Assembly: GCA_950097015.1 (NCBI GenBank)
Contig: CATNEN010000001.1
Coordinates: 25,730,001 to 25,794,000, forward strand
Reading direction: 5' to 3'
DNA from: Macrostomum hystrix
Lineage: Eukaryota; Animalia; Platyhelminthes
Length of the DNA stretch: 64,000 nt
Below are positions 59,925 to 64,000 of the stretch, piece after piece. A model generated the notes under the pieces. That model made no database searches and was not told where the DNA came from. It was given only the letters and a program-made list of their open reading frames with translations. Both the position numbers and the translations under genes were made by a program. How positions within the stretch are numbered: the first letter of the stretch is position 1; each line of letters opens with the position of its first letter.

Positions 59925-60876
59925 ATATATAATTTATTGGGACATACCTTCAATTTCTGACGAAATATCAGGGAATTGTATGAATCCACATATTTGAACA
60001 CTGGTATGAAAAAAATCATTTGTTTTCTGACCAAAAATATAATAATTTTCTTGAATAATCTAACATCTTTTGATTCAACTGGGATTCTAGTGTTTCTTAG
60101 AAGAAGGCCTGGGATTTCTAAGAAATCAACAATACTTAATTTGATTTGATTATCAGGGAATGAACTAAAATAGATAATTTAATCATTTTAATCTAAAATT
60201 GATTGCCAGCAACGCTTCGGTTTATTCAAGAGATTTTAAATCTAACAAATCTTCGACTTTCCTCTAAACTCGGATGAGATCATTTTTCGTTGCTATCTAT
60301 GAGTTACATATCATTTTAAAAGTATATTTTTACTCGTAAGAAAATTTACTGACTTTCTGTCCCGCTTAAACGCATATCGTACAGGTGCATCCCAACTCAA
60401 TTCGAGCGACTCGATCCCAGCCTTGAGCAGGACCTGCTCAACGAACTCGGCACAAATCTGGGCACCGTGACCAGCCTAGTTGAGGGCACCCTGCTCACCG
60501 TCATAAAATTCCTGTGCATCATTCAGCCGGATGCTCCGTCTAGTCCGGAGCTCGGCGGCTTCGTCACCGACGTGCTGCAAATGCCAGAAAGCGCGCTGTG
60601 GTTTCTCGGCTGATGGGCAGTGGTTTGTATTGGTCGACAGCTTGTTGTGGGTTGGCCATCCATTGCTTTCTAGCCAGCTTATTTTGTTCCCTTGTCCCTT
60701 CGCTTGTTCCCTTTTATAGCCAACTTGCAGCATTTTAGTATATAAGACTAGCATCCGCGCCCCCAAAAAATTAACCCGCAGCTTCACAGAGCCACCTTGC
60801 AGCAAACTTGCAGCAAACTTGCAGCATTTCGTTCACAACAATTGCATCCGCGCCCCTAAAAATGGTTTACCCGCAG

Positions 60877-61551
60877 CTCTACAGTCACCTTGGTGGCCAT
60901 GGGAGCCACTAGTGTGCCCGGCGCTAGACTAATCACCTTGGTAACCGTGCTGATTTCAGTCGACCTACCGCCTAATGACATCTCTCTCATCTTGGCCGTC
61001 GATTGGCTGCTGTAAGCTTAAATCATAAGCGGAAGAGTGAGAAAAGCATTAAAAAGGACTTTTATGCCTATCTTATGATAATTTTAGTATTGTCCACATG
61101 TCATTAACTGTATAAAAACCACGTGGGTAATTTAAGTACCCACCGTTTTTTTCTTTACCTCTAATTATATTCAATGAATTGCCATAAAAAACAGATACAG
61201 TGTCAAACTTTCCCTAAGCTTTCCAAAAAATAATTATATTTCTTGGGTCCTAAAACTTCAAGGAAACGTAGTTTCCTGTCCTTCAACTCCTTGAGATAAT
61301 TGTTCATGCGCCTGCTGTTGGTTCGCTATGCTTACTGCCCCTTGGTGCTTGCATCTCTTAGCATCAACAATAAGACACCTCTAAACAAACAATGCAAAGA
61401 TTGCATTCGTACTTCGATCAATGTACTCGCCGACGCAGTTGGAGCCTGCATGGTGGCCCACTTGTGCAGCGAACAGGTGAAAGAGGACGCCAACCCGATA
61501 AACTATTCGACCGACGCCGCAATCTTCGGACGCCACTGCTTCCGAAATTGA
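60877..61551 (+). pseudogene. 3' remnant (HP2-TM8 exons) of a more canonical SLC1/EAAT gene
   Basis: Exon 60877-61011 encodes GATSVPGARLITLVTVL..VDLP.NDISLILAVDWLL. The next exon from 61398 encodes DCIRTSINVLADAVGACMVAHL, but its acceptor reads caa instead of cag. No upstream exons found. Confidence 0.8.
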
Positions 61552-61971
61552 AGCTCCACCGTTAGATAATGACGATAGCACAACTTTAAACACCATTCGA
61601 TGACATTTTTATTTGATACGTATGGATAAACTTGCTACTGAATATACCTTTTTCTACATGTAAACATGTAAAATACCAATGCATGTGGCTACAATTGAAA
61701 TGCTGCTGCATCTTCTGTGTAGTGTCAAAACTTAAACATTTTTTATTGAAATCTAAAATTTAAATTCAAATGAAATAGTGTATGACGGGATGTCACATGT
61801 AAAATAACGAAATAACGAGTCGGCCCGCGACACTTGTCTATGGTAATATAGAAGCATTCCGAGAGACGCGTCTATCTTTCTCAAGTAGAGACGGCCATAG
61901 TACTCGTGCTCCTCTGTAGCGAATCTGCTCTGTTAAAATTGCTTGCACTAGATCTTGACACAGACTTCAAG

Positions 61972-62914
61972 ATGAGACGATTCCAAGAAATCAAAGAAGA
62001 GAAAGTGCTTCCTGACTGGACACCACAGGAACTGAAGAAAATTGCCAAGGTGTATAATAAGCAAACATCGTCCATTTATTATCTGGACCTAGAGTTACCA
62101 GAAAACCGCTCAAGGAGCCATTCGGAGACCTCGGAAAGTACTTGTACAACTGAAGTGAGCTCGAAGCAAAGTCGAAAATTTTCCTTCACTTGCCTGAAAA
62201 ACCCAGACAATATTTTGCCAGCTCTCACACTGTTGTCAATGATTCTTGCTGTGCCAGTTGGCCTTTCGATTCACCGACTGGAGCCCAGCGGCCTGACTGT
62301 CGAGCTTATCAGCCTACCGGGTGAATTGCTGATCAACATGCTCAACCTGATGGTTTTTCCGTTGCTTTTCTCCTCACTAGTGTCCGGTTCGTGCTTGCTC
62401 GTGCTTTTCTGTTTGATAATTTTTACTTTTAGCTCAGAACGTAAGTGAGCAAGCAGTCGAACAACAGTAGGGTTTGGGAGTGGGAGAAAGCTTCTACTGG
62501 GAAGTGGGGGTTTTGCAGCCAATTATAAATGAGCAGGGTTGGAGGTAAGAGAAGACACTCTCTGAGGAGAGGGGTTGTTGCAGCCAATCATAAAGCATCC
62601 GGGAGTTAGGAGCTCAATATTGCGATCTTAAAACGCTGTAAAAAGTGCCTAAAAGTGTCTAAAATTGACCTCTCACTTTAAATTAAAACGCCAGGGTTGT
62701 CTAATCCGAAAATGAAATCTATAAACCGGATTTGCGTCTTTATAATGGTATATTTCTTCTTTTCGTGCTTGGCTGCTGTGTTAGTTGGCATGATTCTAAC
62801 GGTCATTATTCAGCCAGGAAACAATTACTTAAAGAAAGAACCCGCGGCCAGCGGCTACAGGACCCGTGAAAGCAAAAGCAGCGAAGTGCTAGAAACTATG
62901 CTGGACCTAATTCG
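61972..62914 (+). CDS. SLC1/EAAT-family transporter copy B, exons 1-2 (gene continues beyond the window)
   Basis: Exons 61972-62386 and 62695-62914 are paralogous to 39576-39990 and 40502-40724. Homology begins at 61814 / 39418. Confidence 0.88.
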
Positions 62915-63026
62915 GTGCGTTTCGAATTTTCTGATTAAAATTTGATGTTAAGAATATATTCTAAATCATATCGAACCATCGTAAAATTCTCGCTGGACGA
63001 GAATAAAATAGCAATCCATTGTTATT

Positions 63027-64000
63027 TCCCTTGATACCTTCTGCATGGAGCAGATTAGCAATCCAAATCCATTGATACCTTCTGCATGGAGTAGATTAGC
63101 AATCCAAATCCCTTGATACATTCTGCATGGAGTAGATTAGCAATCCAAATCCCTTGATACCTTCTGCATGGAGTAGATTAGCAATCCAAATCCCTTGATA
63201 CATTCTGCATGGAGTAGATTAGCAATCCAAATCCCTTGATACCTTCTGCATGGAGTAGATTAGCAATCCAAATCCATTGATACATTCTGCATGGAGTAGA
63301 TTAGCAATCCAAATCCATTGATACCTTCTGCATGGAGTAGATTAGCAATCCAAATCCATTGATACATTCTGCATGGAGTAGATTAGCAATCCAAATCCAT
63401 TGATACCTTCTGCATGGAGTAGATTAGCAATCCAAATCCATTGATGCTTTCTGCATGGAGTAGACTAGCAATCCAAATCACTTGATACCTTCTGCATGGA
63501 GTAGATTAGCAATCCAAATCCATTGATACATTCTGCATGGAGTAGATTAGCAATCCAAATCACTTGATACCTTCTGCATGGAGCAGATTAGCAATCCAAT
63601 TCCATTGATGCTTTCTGCATGGAGTAGATTAGCAATCCAAATCCATTGATACCTTCTGCATGGAGTAGATTAGCAATCCAAATCCATTGATGCTTTCTGC
63701 ATGGAGTAGATTAGCAATCCAAATCCATTGATACCTTCTGCATGGAGTAGATTAGCAATCCAAATCCATTGATACCTTCTGCATGGAGTAGACTAGCAAT
63801 CCAAATCACTTGATACCTTCTGCATGGAGTAGATTAGCAATCCAAATCCATTGATGCTTTCTGCATAGAGTAGATTAGCAATCCAAATCACTTGATACCT
63901 TCTGCATGGAGTAGATTAGCAATCCAAATCCATTGATACCTTCTGCATGGAGTAGATTAGCAATCCAAATCTATTGATACCTTCTGCATGGAGTAGACTA
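63027..64000. repeat. 41-bp satellite array in SLC1 copy B intron 2
   Basis: Same unit as 40820-45514 with different dominant variants; runs off the window end. Confidence 0.97.

Larger units (their letters stand above)
53280..60613 (+). pseudogene. RNF213: RNF213/mysterin-like AAA+ ATPase, fragmented pseudogene
   Basis: Exons 53280-53606 (ALRENLFMMIVCI.LRIPLFVVGKPGSSKSLAK, SFQCSP), 54241-54571 (LDQIGLAEDSPSMPLKTL, ISNWALDPAKMNRG) and 56055-56725 (INRIKISME.GETVVL.N...LYESLYD.MNQYY, VDLGLGTHR, FPIPLINR; two in-frame stops and a frameshift). Weaker pieces at about 57706-57800, 57981-58190 and 60385-60613 (CTD-like). Confidence 0.85.

Overview
Eukaryotic (animal) genomic DNA with spliceosomal GT-AG introns and very dense, varied minisatellites. 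The overall texture resembles a free-living flatworm such as Macrostomum, but this is inference only. Almost all long ORFs in the supplied track are translated tandem repeats. Genes in order: (1) a minus-strand caspase whose N-terminal half looks like a second, catalytically degenerate caspase fold; (2) a complete multi-exon Shal/Kv4 potassium channel (11012-26818); (3) a two-exon RDH/SDR9C-type short-chain dehydrogenase; (4) a WSC-domain exon broken by an RTE LINE; (5) a divergent SLC1/EAAT-family transporter (39576-50254) with altered substrate- and ion-binding motifs, also broken by an RTE LINE; (6) scattered pseudo-exons of an RNF213/mysterin-like AAA+ gene; (7) a 3' remnant of a more canonical SLC1 gene; (8) the start of a second copy of the divergent SLC1 gene. 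Mobile DNA includes two tRNA-derived SINE families (one with a CORE domain), two RTE copies with target-site duplications (TSDs), an RNase H-bearing non-LTR remnant with a TSD, and a truncated Gypsy element with LTR and tRNA-Trp PBS. The best novelty candidates are the pseudo-caspase/caspase tandem protein and the duplicated, motif-rewired SLC1 family. All exon structures were assembled by eye and need RNA-seq confirmation.
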